64,000 nt of DNA from Bacteroidaceae bacterium (GTDB lineage Bacteria; Pseudomonadota; Alphaproteobacteria; RF32; CAG-239). This document shows, piece by piece, positions 21,073-30,901 of the stretch. How positions within the stretch are numbered: position 1 is the stretch's first letter; every line of letters starts with the position of its first letter. The position numbers were made by a program, and so were the translations under genes. The stretch spans positions 5,574 to 69,573 of the forward strand of contig CAVIDY010000006.1 in assembly GCA_963641885.1 (NCBI GenBank). The letters are read 5' to 3'. The notes below the pieces were generated by a model. That model did not search any database and had not been told where the DNA came from. It was given only the letters and a program-made list of their open reading frames with translations.

Positions 21073-21546
21073 TCAAACCTGCGAACGCTGGCGAAACGAA
21101 TAATATTTATGCAATATAAAGGTTGTGATGGTCGAAAATGTTAAATATAACGCTTGCGCCACCAGCGGAGACAAACCGACAACTACCATCAAAAAGCTCA
21201 AAATAGGCGAGTTTATCAAATATAAAAACAAATACACCGACCAGGCTTTGACAAACTCTTTTTTCCAGTCGCCGTGGCTTTGAAAAACATAGTAGCGCAT
21301 TGTTAAAAACGACACATTGATAGTGATAACATATTGCACAAACAATGCAGCATTTGCCACCAAAACCGGCGCAAAGCCCAATTCAGCCGAATTATTGATA
21401 TTTTCAAACAACCACAAAATCAAAGCTAGAATTGTATAAGCAAAAACGGTGTTAAACCCGCCGACCAGCAAAAAACGCAGTTTCTGCGGCAGCTTAAACC
21501 AAATATTTTCCGCCCATAGATAAAGTTTGATAAAAGCTTTAATCAT
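21073..21546 (-). CDS. GtrA-family membrane protein (putative polyprenyl-sugar flippase)
   Basis: 157 aa with 4 TM helices. RFLLVGGFNTVFAY is a typical GtrA N-terminus. Overlaps the upstream gene by 8 nt. Confidence 0.7.
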   Translation of the reverse strand: MIKAFIKLYLWAENIWFKLPQKLRFLLVGGFNTVFAYTILALILWLFENINNSAELGFAPVLVANAALFVQYVITINVSFLTMRYYVFQSHGDWKKEFVKAWSVYLFLYLINSPILSFLMVVVGLSPLVAQALYLTFSTITTFILHKYYSFRQRSQV

Positions 21547-22369
21547 TTATCCCCTCCGGCACATTTTTATCCAATAGCGTTTCCAATTCAACCGTACGAT
21601 ACGGCGACAAAATATTCTCGTCCCACACGTCCTCGGGATATTGCTTGTCAATTTCCGGCGTTCCTGGGTGAATCATAATTTCCACCGCTTTATAGCCGGA
21701 CGGAATTTTCACGCCTTTGAACTGCTCTTTGGCTATTTTGCAGGTATACAGCAATGTATAAAAATACACATCGTTTTTATAGCCATTCCACCAGCACAAA
21801 AAACGCAGCAGCATATATTTTATCAACGCTCCATCAAACAGCCAGCTTTTGTTTTTATTATATTTTAGAGTATTGAAAATATTTTCATTCATCACCCGAA
21901 TACGCGGCACGGCAAATTCTTTTTGCAATTTGCGCATTGCCTTAAAAATCGGCGGAATTAAATGCACATGGCGATGACTGTCCAAATGCTGCAAAGGCAA
22001 ACCCGTTGCCAAATATTTGGCAATTTGCGCGCGCATTTCAATTTCTGTTTGCTGCTGCAGCTGCTTAGGTTTCAAAAAAGAAAGCAAAAACAAGTTCACA
22101 AAACCATTTTTGAGCTTGCCCTGCCCGTCAACCAGCAGCGGAATTTGCTGTGCCGGCGCTGCCGGATATTCATTGGTCAAATTAACATGCAAGCCAATTT
22201 CCAGTTCCGGCATTTCCTTAGCTATTTTAACCGCCTCGTCAGCATATTTCTGATTTATCATCAGACTGGCGCTGTTCAAAATTCCCTCGCGGTGAGCCTT
22301 CACGATAGAGGCGTTAACACCTTTGCTGATACCGAAATCATCGGCGTTAAATATCTTTTTTATCGTCAT
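21539..22369 (-). CDS. YdjC/ChbG-superfamily deacetylase (NaxD/LgmC-like)
   Basis: 276 aa. FNADDFGISKGVNASIVKAHREGILNSASLM and the later LDSHRHVH are YdjC signatures. Confidence 0.75.
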   Translation of the reverse strand: MTIKKIFNADDFGISKGVNASIVKAHREGILNSASLMINQKYADEAVKIAKEMPELEIGLHVNLTNEYPAAPAQQIPLLVDGQGKLKNGFVNLFLLSFLKPKQLQQQTEIEMRAQIAKYLATGLPLQHLDSHRHVHLIPPIFKAMRKLQKEFAVPRIRVMNENIFNTLKYNKNKSWLFDGALIKYMLLRFLCWWNGYKNDVYFYTLLYTCKIAKEQFKGVKIPSGYKAVEIMIHPGTPEIDKQYPEDVWDENILSPYRTVELETLLDKNVPEGIND

Positions 22370-23315
22370 GTTTATCTTCTTTCGTCACATAATCTGCCAC
22401 ATAGAGCGGACGTTTTTTCACTTCCATATGGATTTTGCCGATATATTCACCGATAATTCCCAAACAAATCAGCTGCACCGAACCAAGGAAAATCACCGTT
22501 ATCATAATCGTAGCATAGCCTGGAGTCGGATTATGTAGAAAGAAATGTTCAATAAACACATAAACTCCCAGCAAAAACGCCGTAGACGCCGCCAGCAATC
22601 CCAAATATATGGCAAAGCGCAGCGGCAGCACAGAAAATTGCACAATGCTGTTAACCGCCAAATGCAGCGACTTGAAAAAGTTATATTTAGACTCGCCGCT
22701 GAAACGCTCCGGCGCCACAAAATCAATAATTGCCACATGGTCGTGCGGCATAATCCAACTTAAAAGCCCGCGGAACAAGCGATCTTGCTCATTAAATCCT
22801 TTCAGAAAATCCACATACTTACGGTCAAGCAGCCGAAAATCCGGCGCGCTTTCCATAATTTTAGTATCCGATAATTTGTTCAAAATAAAATAAAATGTCT
22901 TGGCGCAAAACTTATACAATTTGGAAGTTGCTTTATTGTCAATCCGCTTGGTCAGCACAATTTCTTTGCCCTGCTGCCAAAGCTCTATCATTTTCGGAAT
23001 ATAAACCGGCGGATGCTGTAAGTCGGAATCCATAAAGATAACCGCGTCGCCTTTGGCATAGTCCATTCCCGCAGTCATAGCTATTTCATGCCCGAAATTG
23101 CGTTTAAGCTGCACCACTTTTACCCGACTGTCTTTGGCTTGCAGTTTCAGGCAGTTATCATAAGTTTTATCCGAGCTACCGTCGTCAACATACAAAAACT
23201 CAAAATCCGTATTTTTAACCTTTTTCAGTTCCTTAACCAGCTGTTTGTAAAGTTCACTCACATTATCTTGTTCATTATAAGCTGAAATAACTATGCTAAC
23301 CAGTTTATTTGGCAT
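22347..23315 (-). CDS. GT2 polyprenyl-phosphate glycosyltransferase (ArnC/LgmA-like)
   Basis: 322 aa. SIVISAYNE...YVDDGSSD...MDSDLQHPP, plus two C-terminal TM helices. Confidence 0.8.
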   Translation of the reverse strand: MPNKLVSIVISAYNEQDNVSELYKQLVKELKKVKNTDFEFLYVDDGSSDKTYDNCLKLQAKDSRVKVVQLKRNFGHEIAMTAGMDYAKGDAVIFMDSDLQHPPVYIPKMIELWQQGKEIVLTKRIDNKATSKLYKFCAKTFYFILNKLSDTKIMESAPDFRLLDRKYVDFLKGFNEQDRLFRGLLSWIMPHDHVAIIDFVAPERFSGESKYNFFKSLHLAVNSIVQFSVLPLRFAIYLGLLAASTAFLLGVYVFIEHFFLHNPTPGYATIMITVIFLGSVQLICLGIIGEYIGKIHMEVKKRPLYVADYVTKEDKHDDKKDI

Positions 23316-24771
23316 TATTAGCCTCCTTTACATTATAAAATCCCACAAACAAATCACGAATTTTCACTCTGCCGCCAAGCGACGTGTACGCAGCTTTTAT
23401 ATTTTGCGGAGCCGTGAGTTTATCGCCGAATTTTTCTTTATATTTCATATAATCGTGGTAATTTGACGACACGACCAACGCGCCTTTTTCTTCAAAATCG
23501 TCGGTATCAAACCATGGATTATTGTCCGGACTGAGCCAAATCATCGGCTTTACTTCATGCTTGGCATAAAGCGCAAACATATCGGCAAACCACACGTCTG
23601 CCCCCACATATTCCAGTTTCTGCCCACCGGTATGCTCGTTCCATTTCTGCTCCAGCATACTAACCATTGTCGGACAATCAGTACGGAAACGCTCGCTGGT
23701 CGTACTATAGCACTGCACACCATAGGCAAAGGCAAACAGCAAGCTCCAGCCTGCCAGAACCGCCGAATAGTGCAAAGTTTTGCCTTCGTTTAGTTTTATC
23801 GGGAAAAAATAAACCAGCATAATTCCGCTTAAAAATTGGCATGGGAAACCCCACATGCTTTTAAGCGGAGTTCCGGCGGCTAAGCTTATTGCCATAAACA
23901 CTGCCATCGGCAAAAATCCGCATAACAGCAAAAAACGTCCTTCTTCATTTTTGCCTTCCGGACGGTTTTCTTTTTCCGAAATTTTATAAAAGGCAGCATA
24001 ACAAAGCAAAGCTGCCCCCGCAAACAAAATCTGTGCAACGGCAAACTTTAGCGGATATAACAAATGACGCCACTCGCTGTCCATAATTTTAGTTGGATTA
24101 TTGCGCATTAAAATATAATTCAGCATTTCAAAATTATGCTCGGCAAGCCACCAAATATGCGGTGTCAAAACTGCCGCCACACACAAAACCGCCGCATAAG
24201 CCTTATAGTTTATAAACTGCTTCCAGCCTTTGGCACCAGTCAGTAAAAACACACCAATAGCCCCCAAAAGTAAAGCACCAGTATATTTATTGAGCAGGTT
24301 AATTCCGCCAACTATGCCAAACAACAGCCAATCTTTCAGTTTGTTTTGCTGATATGCCTGCCAAAAATAATATGTGCACATCGGCCACAGCGCCAAAGAA
24401 ATGACATTCACATTAAATTCCACGCTCGAGAAATCATAATAAATAATGCCAAACTGCAGCATTGCTGCCAAAATAGCCTTATATTCATCAACAAACAAAC
24501 GTGCTAATTTATATATATACACAACGCCTAACGCCGTAAAAATCTGACTTAATAAGTACATAGCGCCGTCAAATTTGCCAAACAGCAAATAAAAATAGTA
24601 TGCGATGATTCCCGAAAACGGCGGGTGCTTAGTGGTTCCCAGCAAACTGTATTTACCCCACACGATAGCTTCCTGCGTATCCATCGGCAGGCTCAGACGC
24701 AGCAGCGGAACCACGCTCCACAGCACCAAATTACACAGTAAAAACAATCCGAATTTCTTTTTTAAAGTCAT
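23305..24771 (-). CDS. ArnT/PMT-like (GT39/GT83) membrane glycosyltransferase
   Basis: 488 aa, polytopic. The N-terminal loop PMDTQEAIVWGK...KHPPF is typical of the ArnT-like family. First gene of a 4-gene overlapping operon. Confidence 0.7.
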   Translation of the reverse strand: MTLKKKFGLFLLCNLVLWSVVPLLRLSLPMDTQEAIVWGKYSLLGTTKHPPFSGIIAYYFYLLFGKFDGAMYLLSQIFTALGVVYIYKLARLFVDEYKAILAAMLQFGIIYYDFSSVEFNVNVISLALWPMCTYYFWQAYQQNKLKDWLLFGIVGGINLLNKYTGALLLGAIGVFLLTGAKGWKQFINYKAYAAVLCVAAVLTPHIWWLAEHNFEMLNYILMRNNPTKIMDSEWRHLLYPLKFAVAQILFAGAALLCYAAFYKISEKENRPEGKNEEGRFLLLCGFLPMAVFMAISLAAGTPLKSMWGFPCQFLSGIMLVYFFPIKLNEGKTLHYSAVLAGWSLLFAFAYGVQCYSTTSERFRTDCPTMVSMLEQKWNEHTGGQKLEYVGADVWFADMFALYAKHEVKPMIWLSPDNNPWFDTDDFEEKGALVVSSNYHDYMKYKEKFGDKLTAPQNIKAAYTSLGGRVKIRDLFVGFYNVKEANNAK

Positions 24772-24960
24772 TTTTTCACCTGATTAACTTATCTTAAACA
24801 TTCTGTTTATATCATAGCTGACAAAAAAGTATAGTTAAAAAATGAATTAACTAACCGTTTGCCTGAAAAATGTACAAAAATATTTTTTGTCATTTTTATT
24901 GCAAAATGTGAAAATATACGCTATACTGAACAAAAATGAGTTATGTTTATGGAGAAAAAA

Positions 24961-27900
24961 ATGGCTGACAATGCAGATAACAAAGAATTGTATGACAATA
25001 TCGCGGCAATTCAAACCAAAGAAAAAGCAAACACTCCGGTTACAGATGAAGAGAGAACCGCTTTGCTTGCTAAGCTTAACGAAATAGCCAACAGTTCGGC
25101 AGATTTTGATCCCGACCGCTTGGAAAGCATTGAGGCTTTTGCCGCAAGTTTTGGCAGCAATAACTCCAACGCCGAAAGAATTTTGAAAAAAATTGCCGAA
25201 CAAAGAGCAAAAAACAATACCGACGCCACTCAACAGCAAGATGAACCAAAAGCGGAAGAAAAGAAAATTGATATTGCCAATGAGCCGTCTTATAATGTTT
25301 ACAAAGAATATCAAGGACTAAAAAGCAAGGAAGCCCCGTCCGACACAGAAAAAGCCCGTATGGCGCAGATTGAACAGTTTTCTTCGCAGATGTTGGATAA
25401 TGTCGACCCGCAAAACATTCAGCCGGACGCTGCAGTTGCCTTAAAAGACTATTTGGATATCGCTCATTTAGCTAATCCGGAAACAGCTCAAGAAAAATAT
25501 CAACAGCTGCAAAACTCAGTAGATTCACAATTAGGCGAATATGACTCCAGCCATAGTTTGGGAAACGCCGCTGGCAAAACTCCTGAAGAAATGAAAGCAA
25601 ATGAAAATGCTTGGACGCAAACTGCTGGTCAAATTGACATTAAGCCAGTGTTAACCGAATTAAATCCTATCTTTAGCGAACTAACTAAAGAAGAGCAAAA
25701 AGAAATCATCAGCACCTTGCAAAAAACAACAATTTTTGATTTAAAAGACAACGCTCCCGATGCCAACGGCGCTAAAACCATGCAAGAAAAGCTGGAAAGC
25801 AATACCGCGGAATTTAAAGCTTTGGTTATTGCAGAATATCTGAAACAGCAAGCTAAAGCAGAATTTTGCGAACAAAATAAAATAAAGCCCGAAGAGTTGA
25901 ATGCTTTACTGCTTAAAAATGCCAAAGGCGAAGAACTGAGCGAAGAAGAAAAAAACGTTTTAGGCAAATTGAATGAACATACCGCCAAACTCTTTCAAAA
26001 ATCGCAAAACTTTAACGGTCCGTTCAGCAATAAAGAATTTTTGAAAAACGCCGTTGAAACAACCCGCGCTCAAATTCTCAGCCAATCTGTAACCAAAGAG
26101 TGCCGCCGTTCTCGTTTAATGAACGCCAAAGAAATTTCCAGCCGCGTTGCTAAAATGAACAAAGATTTTGCTTTAAAATACCCAGCCGTTTACACATATG
26201 CTAACCTTGGCAAAAACTTTGGTAAAAACTTCTTGCGCACTGCGGCTATCAGCGCTACCTTAGGTCCTGTCGGCTTGACCGCTTATTCAGCTTATAAAAC
26301 CTATAAAACAATCCGTAAAGCCTATGAAGAACATCAAGCTCAAGAAGGCGGAAACTTCAAAGACTTTATAAAATCTTTAGCTAAACCAGAAAACCGCTCT
26401 AAAGCCTTGACTTTAGCTGGTCAGGTTGCGGCTACCGCAATTTCCGGATACTTTTCACTCGGCGGAGGAGTTGACGGCATTGTCGACAATCTTGGTCTTG
26501 CCGGAAAAGCAATTCACGGAGTAACTGGTGCAGGCACAGAACATATCGCCGCCGCAGCCCAAGCTACACAGCATATAGATTCAATTGGCGGAGCTATAAA
26601 AGCAGGAGCTGATAAAATTTTCAGTTCTCCAAGACGCCTTGTTTCTATGACAACTTCTTTAGGTATCGGTATTGTGAAAGGCTTATCCGAAAAATATAAT
26701 TTGAACAAAGCCCGCAAAAATATGACCAAAATTTTGGAAGCTAACGGCGTGGCTGCTGATAAAAAAATGCTTCAAGCGTTTGAAAAAGCTCAAGCACCTG
26801 AAAAATTCAAAGCTTTGTTAAATAAAGTTGTTCCAAACATCAGCCAAGAGCAGGCACAAGAATTGTTAGCCAATGCGGACTTAGCCCGCAAATCAAACCC
26901 GAAATCTGTTGCAGCTGCAGCCATTGCTGGTGCTTCTATCGGATTGGTTACCTCTGCAGCAGGCGAAGCCTTTTTCTCTCACCATGCAGACACAAATCTT
27001 GCGGCTGAAGGAGCTGGCGCGGGCAACACGCTTGGCGATGAAGTAAGCAAAGCAGCCTCCTCTCAAGAATTGCTGGAGGCTTGGGATAAAGGCTCTGAAC
27101 AACGCAGCGAATCTTTTGGCATTGACGCCGAAGGAGGAAATAAAATGTTGCGGGAAATGGGCATTATCAAAGAAGACGACCACACCTTCTATAAACAAAG
27201 TGGTTTAACCAAATTGGTCAACAGCGCAAATCTAACTGACGAACAGCGCAGCAAGATTCAAGATTGGGCTAATGACCGACAGTCACGCGTCAGCAATATG
27301 CTGAAATGTATTCGCGAACATCACCACGGCGGACACGGGCACTCCGGAGCTGGCAGCCATGCAGACGTATCTCATACCATTTCTAAATCTGCTGAAGAGT
27401 TGAACAAAACAGAAGAAGAATTGACTGCTAACTCTGAGGAAAAATCTGAAGAGCAGGAAACTGGCAGCACTTACCACGTTGAAGGCGTTATCCGCAAAAG
27501 AGGCAGCATCAGCGGCGACGCACAAGCCAACGACCCGTTAAGCGCAGCTTCTGCTGTGGCTCATGCCAAAGGTGTAAACGGAGCCCGTCATTCTGAATTT
27601 ACCGTAACCGACAGCAACGGCAATCAAACCGAAATAAATTCTCATGTCGGCTCTCGCTCTACCGTAGTTAAAGCCACTTATCATAAAGGCGATGCTGAAA
27701 ACGGCGAAGTTCTCGGAAAGCAAAAAATAAAATCTTACACTTCCGGAAAATCTGAAGGCAGCACCAAAATTGTGGAACACCGCGATGTTGACGGCGACGG
27801 CAAAAAAGATAAAATTGAAACCGTTATCAGCAAAGACGGCAGCAAAGTTACATATACCAAACTGTCCGCCAACGGCGACCGCGTTTTGGCTACAGATGAC

Positions 27901-28038
27901 GGACACGGCAATAAAACAACTGTTTCCGCTAATGAAAAAGCCGAACAAGAAGGCACAGGCAAATCATCTGCCCGCCACGCATTAAGAAGCACATTTAACG
28001 ATTTAAGCAAACATTTCAGAGGAAGAGGCAGCCGCTAA
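24961..28038 (+). CDS. Large orphan protein (acidic coiled N-terminal half, Gly/Ala-rich hydrophobic centre, His-rich patch, DxDGDG motif)
   Basis: Long ORF (track start 24943). I prefer the ATG at 24961, which lies 6 nt after ggag. No signal peptide and no family recognised. Confidence 0.7.
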   Translation: MADNADNKELYDNIAAIQTKEKANTPVTDEERTALLAKLNEIANSSADFDPDRLESIEAFAASFGSNNSNAERILKKIAEQRAKNNTDATQQQDEPKAEEKKIDIANEPSYNVYKEYQGLKSKEAPSDTEKARMAQIEQFSSQMLDNVDPQNIQPDAAVALKDYLDIAHLANPETAQEKYQQLQNSVDSQLGEYDSSHSLGNAAGKTPEEMKANENAWTQTAGQIDIKPVLTELNPIFSELTKEEQKEIISTLQKTTIFDLKDNAPDANGAKTMQEKLESNTAEFKALVIAEYLKQQAKAEFCEQNKIKPEELNALLLKNAKGEELSEEEKNVLGKLNEHTAKLFQKSQNFNGPFSNKEFLKNAVETTRAQILSQSVTKECRRSRLMNAKEISSRVAKMNKDFALKYPAVYTYANLGKNFGKNFLRTAAISATLGPVGLTAYSAYKTYKTIRKAYEEHQAQEGGNFKDFIKSLAKPENRSKALTLAGQVAATAISGYFSLGGGVDGIVDNLGLAGKAIHGVTGAGTEHIAAAAQATQHIDSIGGAIKAGADKIFSSPRRLVSMTTSLGIGIVKGLSEKYNLNKARKNMTKILEANGVAADKKMLQAFEKAQAPEKFKALLNKVVPNISQEQAQELLANADLARKSNPKSVAAAAIAGASIGLVTSAAGEAFFSHHADTNLAAEGAGAGNTLGDEVSKAASSQELLEAWDKGSEQRSESFGIDAEGGNKMLREMGIIKEDDHTFYKQSGLTKLVNSANLTDEQRSKIQDWANDRQSRVSNMLKCIREHHHGGHGHSGAGSHADVSHTISKSAEELNKTEEELTANSEEKSEEQETGSTYHVEGVIRKRGSISGDAQANDPLSAASAVAHAKGVNGARHSEFTVTDSNGNQTEINSHVGSRSTVVKATYHKGDAENGEVLGKQKIKSYTSGKSEGSTKIVEHRDVDGDGKKDKIETVISKDGSKVTYTKLSANGDRVLATDDGHGNKTTVSANEKAEQEGTGKSSARHALRSTFNDLSKHFRGRGSR

Positions 28039-28059
28039 TTTTCTTCTTATTGCAAATTT

Positions 28060-28091
28060 AATCCCAACCCTGAAAAGTTGGGATTTTTTTA
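28060..28091 (+). terminator. Rho-independent terminator
   Basis: aatcccaac / gttgggatt 9-bp stem followed by a T-run. Confidence 0.75.
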
Positions 28092-28157
28092 TTGTAATTT
28101 ACAAAAAATACAGCTAGACTAACCGCATTGCTATTATTTTTATAAAGGAGAAAAAAA

Positions 28158-29093
28158 ATGGAAACTTTAGCAGTTGTGTTAATCGCTTTGGTTTTGGTTG
28201 TTTTAATCAAATCCATTGTAATTGTTCGTCAAGGTTACGAATATACGGTTGAAAACTTTGGTCGCTTTACCCGTTCTCTGCACCCTGGTTTTCACCTGTT
28301 GATTCCGGTATTGGAAACTATCGGCGCCAAAATCAACCGCAAGGAACAGGTTTTGGAAGTTTCATCGCAAGAAGTCATCACCAAAGATAACGCCATGGTA
28401 ACCGTCAACGGCGTGTTGTTCTATCAAATTCAAGACGCAACAAAAGCCGCTTATCAGGTAGAAGATTTGGACTATGCCATTATGAATTTAGTTATGACCA
28501 ATATCCGTACGGTTATCGGCAGTATGGAAATTGATGAATTGCTGTCACAGCGCAATATCATCAACCAAAAATTACTGTCTGTTGTCGATGAAGCCACCAT
28601 TCCTTGGGGCGTAAAAGTTACTCGTGTAGAAATTAAAGATATTACTCCTCCAAAAGATTTGATTGACGCCATGGCGCGCCAAATGAAGGCTGAACGTGAA
28701 AAACGCGCCAACATTTTGGAAGCCGAAGGTCTGCGTCAAGCTGAAATTTTACAGGCTGAAGGTTCTAAACAATCGGTAATTTTGGAAGCTGAAGGTAAAA
28801 AAGAAGCAGCTTTCCGCGAAGCCGAAGCCCGCGAGCGTTCTGCCCAAGCTGAAGCTATGGCAACAAAACTCATCTCTGATGCCATTGCCAAAGGCGATCC
28901 TAAATCTCTTTCCTACTTTTTGGGACAGCAATATATCACCGCTTTGCAAGGCATTGTAACCTCGCCTAACGAAAAATTGCTTATGCTGCCGGTTGACACC
29001 ACCCAAGTTATGGGTACGGTAGCCGGAATTTCCGAATTAGTCAAAGATGTAATGAACGCCAAACCGGCTAAAAAATCCATAAACAAGGAGTAA
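28158..29093 (+). CDS. SPFH/band-7 (stomatin-like) protein
   Basis: 311 aa with an N-terminal TM, an SPFH core and a coiled EAEG-repeat region ([25 protein letters not shown]). Confidence 0.85.
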   Translation: METLAVVLIALVLVVLIKSIVIVRQGYEYTVENFGRFTRSLHPGFHLLIPVLETIGAKINRKEQVLEVSSQEVITKDNAMVTVNGVLFYQIQDATKAAYQVEDLDYAIMNLVMTNIRTVIGSMEIDELLSQRNIINQKLLSVVDEATIPWGVKVTRVEIKDITPPKDLIDAMARQMKAEREKRANILEAEGLRQAEILQAEGSKQSVILEAEGKKEAAFREAEARERSAQAEAMATKLISDAIAKGDPKSLSYFLGQQYITALQGIVTSPNEKLLMLPVDTTQVMGTVAGISELVKDVMNAKPAKKSINKE

Positions 29094-29099
29094 TGAAAG

Positions 29100-29543
29100 A
29101 TGTTCGATTCTCCTGTTATTAACTGGATTATTGCCGGATTAGCGCTCTCTTTGCTAGAGCTTATAGTTCCGGGGGTATATTTAATTTGGTTTGGTTTTGC
29201 CGCTTTTATTGTTGGTATAGCCGTTTATTTTATGCCAATGGAAATTACAACTCAGCTGATTGTTTTTGCAATAGCTTCTGGTATTTTTGCCGTTATCGGC
29301 GTAGCTGTTTACCGCTATGTTTTTAACAAAGCTCAAGTTCCTGAAGAATACAAAAACCTGAACAACACTGCCGAACAATATGTCGGTCAGCTTGTTACTG
29401 TAGCCGAAGACGCCGTAGATAACCGTACAAAAGTTAAAATCGGCGACACCTATTGGCTGGCTTCCTGTCAAAAAGCCTTCAAACAAGGCGACACGGCAAA
29501 AGTTGTCGGCGTTAAAGACAGTTTGATTTTAATTATTGAATAA
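29100..29543 (+). CDS. NfeD-family membrane protein
   Basis: 147 aa. TM helices plus a C-terminal OB-like domain (GQLVTVAEDAVDNRTKVKIGDTYWLA). The usual partner of stomatin. Confidence 0.8.
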   Translation: MFDSPVINWIIAGLALSLLELIVPGVYLIWFGFAAFIVGIAVYFMPMEITTQLIVFAIASGIFAVIGVAVYRYVFNKAQVPEEYKNLNNTAEQYVGQLVTVAEDAVDNRTKVKIGDTYWLASCQKAFKQGDTAKVVGVKDSLILIIE

Positions 29544-29552
29544 GAGGGAAAA

Positions 29553-30395
29553 ATGCTGCATATCGGTTGTCATTTATCAATTTCTAAAGGTTTTGCGCAC
29601 ATTGGCAAAGAGGCTTTGTCTATCAAAGCTGACACTTTTCAATTTTTTACCCGCAATCCGCAGGGCGGCAAAGCCAAAGAAATAGACCTCGCTGATGTAG
29701 CAAAATTCCGCGCTTTAGCAGCTGAAAATCATTTTGCGCCGCTGGTTGCGCACGCTCCCTACACTCTCAATCCGTGTTCGGATAATCCGCAAACGCGAGA
29801 ATTTGCCGAAATGGTATTCAGCAACGACCTCAAGCGTATGGAGCATATTCCCGACAATTACTACAACTTTCACCCCGGTTCGCATGTTGGACAAGGTGCC
29901 AGCGCTGGCATAGCCATGATTATAGACCTGCTAAACCGCATTTTAACACCGGAGCAGCATACCGTTGTTTTACTGGAAACTATGTCGGGCAAAGGTTCGG
30001 AAATCGGACGCAGTTTTGAAGAGCTGGCAGAGATTCGCGCTGGCGTCAAACTAAAAGACAAGCTAGGCGTCTGCCTCGATACCTGCCATATTTTTGCAGC
30101 TGGCTATGACATTGTGCACAACCTCGATGGTGTTATGACTGAATTTGATAAAATAATAGGTCTCCAACACCTGAAAGCTGTTCACCTCAACGACAGTTTG
30201 ATGCCGCTTGGCTCGAACAAAGACCGCCACGCCAAAATCGGCGCCGGAGAAATCGGAGCAGACGTACTTATCCGCTTTGTAAACCACCCAGCAGTAAAAA
30301 ATCTGCCGTTTATCTTAGAAACACCTAACGATTTAGCCGGATACGCAGCCGAAATTGAGTTTATGCGAAAAAATTATTCAGCGTCTTTATCCTAA
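29553..30395 (+). CDS. nfo: Deoxyribonuclease IV (endonuclease IV)
   Basis: 280 aa. VAHAPYTLNP, LLETMSGKG, CLDTCHIFAAGYD and HLNDS are Nfo metal-site motifs. Confidence 0.9.
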   Translation: MLHIGCHLSISKGFAHIGKEALSIKADTFQFFTRNPQGGKAKEIDLADVAKFRALAAENHFAPLVAHAPYTLNPCSDNPQTREFAEMVFSNDLKRMEHIPDNYYNFHPGSHVGQGASAGIAMIIDLLNRILTPEQHTVVLLETMSGKGSEIGRSFEELAEIRAGVKLKDKLGVCLDTCHIFAAGYDIVHNLDGVMTEFDKIIGLQHLKAVHLNDSLMPLGSNKDRHAKIGAGEIGADVLIRFVNHPAVKNLPFILETPNDLAGYAAEIEFMRKNYSASLS

Positions 30396-30436
30396 TATTA
30401 TGTAACAATGAAAGCTCCTATAAGGAAAAAATAATA

Positions 30437-30565
30437 ATGAAAGATTTTTGGGATGATCTTTGGGGCAATTTTATCAAGCCGTTCTTTTTCGTGTTGATAG
30501 TAATTGCAATAATATGTTGGATTATGGTATATTCCTATCTTCTTTATTACGGCAGATTAAAATGA
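30437..30565 (+). CDS. Small hydrophobic protein (42 aa)
   Basis: Not in the ORF track. aagga-N10-ATG, translating to MKDFWDDLWGNFIKPFFFVLIVIAIICWIMVYSYLLYYGRLK*. One TM. Confidence 0.35.
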   Translation: MKDFWDDLWGNFIKPFFFVLIVIAIICWIMVYSYLLYYGRLK

Positions 30566-30574
30566 TTTGATATT

Positions 30575-30835
30575 TTGGGATTTATATTTATAATATCTCA
30601 AGCAATTATTGCTTTATTTTATGAAAAAAGCAAACTTATCAGACGGTTAGAACCCATTGTATTTTCCGATAATTTTTTTGAAATCACATTTTATGTGGTG
30701 ACTTTTTCCAATTTAATGCATTTGGATGCAGCTTGGCCGCTTTTTTGTTATATATTAAAAACAAGAGGCATCGTTTTAGTGTTAGCATTTTTAGGATTTG
30801 GAATTTACAACTATTTTACCATTCCCAAAAACTAA
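30575..30835 (+). CDS. Small membrane protein (86 aa, TTG start)
   Basis: ORF track only. Very AT-rich, 3 predicted TM helices, non-ATG start. Confidence 0.3.
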   Translation: MGFIFIISQAIIALFYEKSKLIRRLEPIVFSDNFFEITFYVVTFSNLMHLDAAWPLFCYILKTRGIVLVLAFLGFGIYNYFTIPKN

Positions 30836-30854
30836 ATTATTTATAAAACTAAAA

Positions 30855-30882
30855 AACTCTCCTTATCAAAATAAGGAGAGTT
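30855..30882. terminator. Bidirectional terminator
   Basis: aactctcctta / taaggagagtt 11-bp stem with a 6-nt loop, flanked by an A-run and a T-rich tract, between convergent genes. Confidence 0.7.
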
Positions 30883-30901
30883 TCTTTCATTGAACAAAGT
30901 C

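Noticed and set aside
24847-25314. A 155-aa minus-strand ORF (MIFFVNIIRRLIGN...) overlapping the start of the 1026-aa gene and the divergent promoter region.
   Set aside because: It is an AT-rich, Phe/Ile/Asn-dominated translation that overlaps a much longer, better-supported ORF. It has no SD and is likely spurious.
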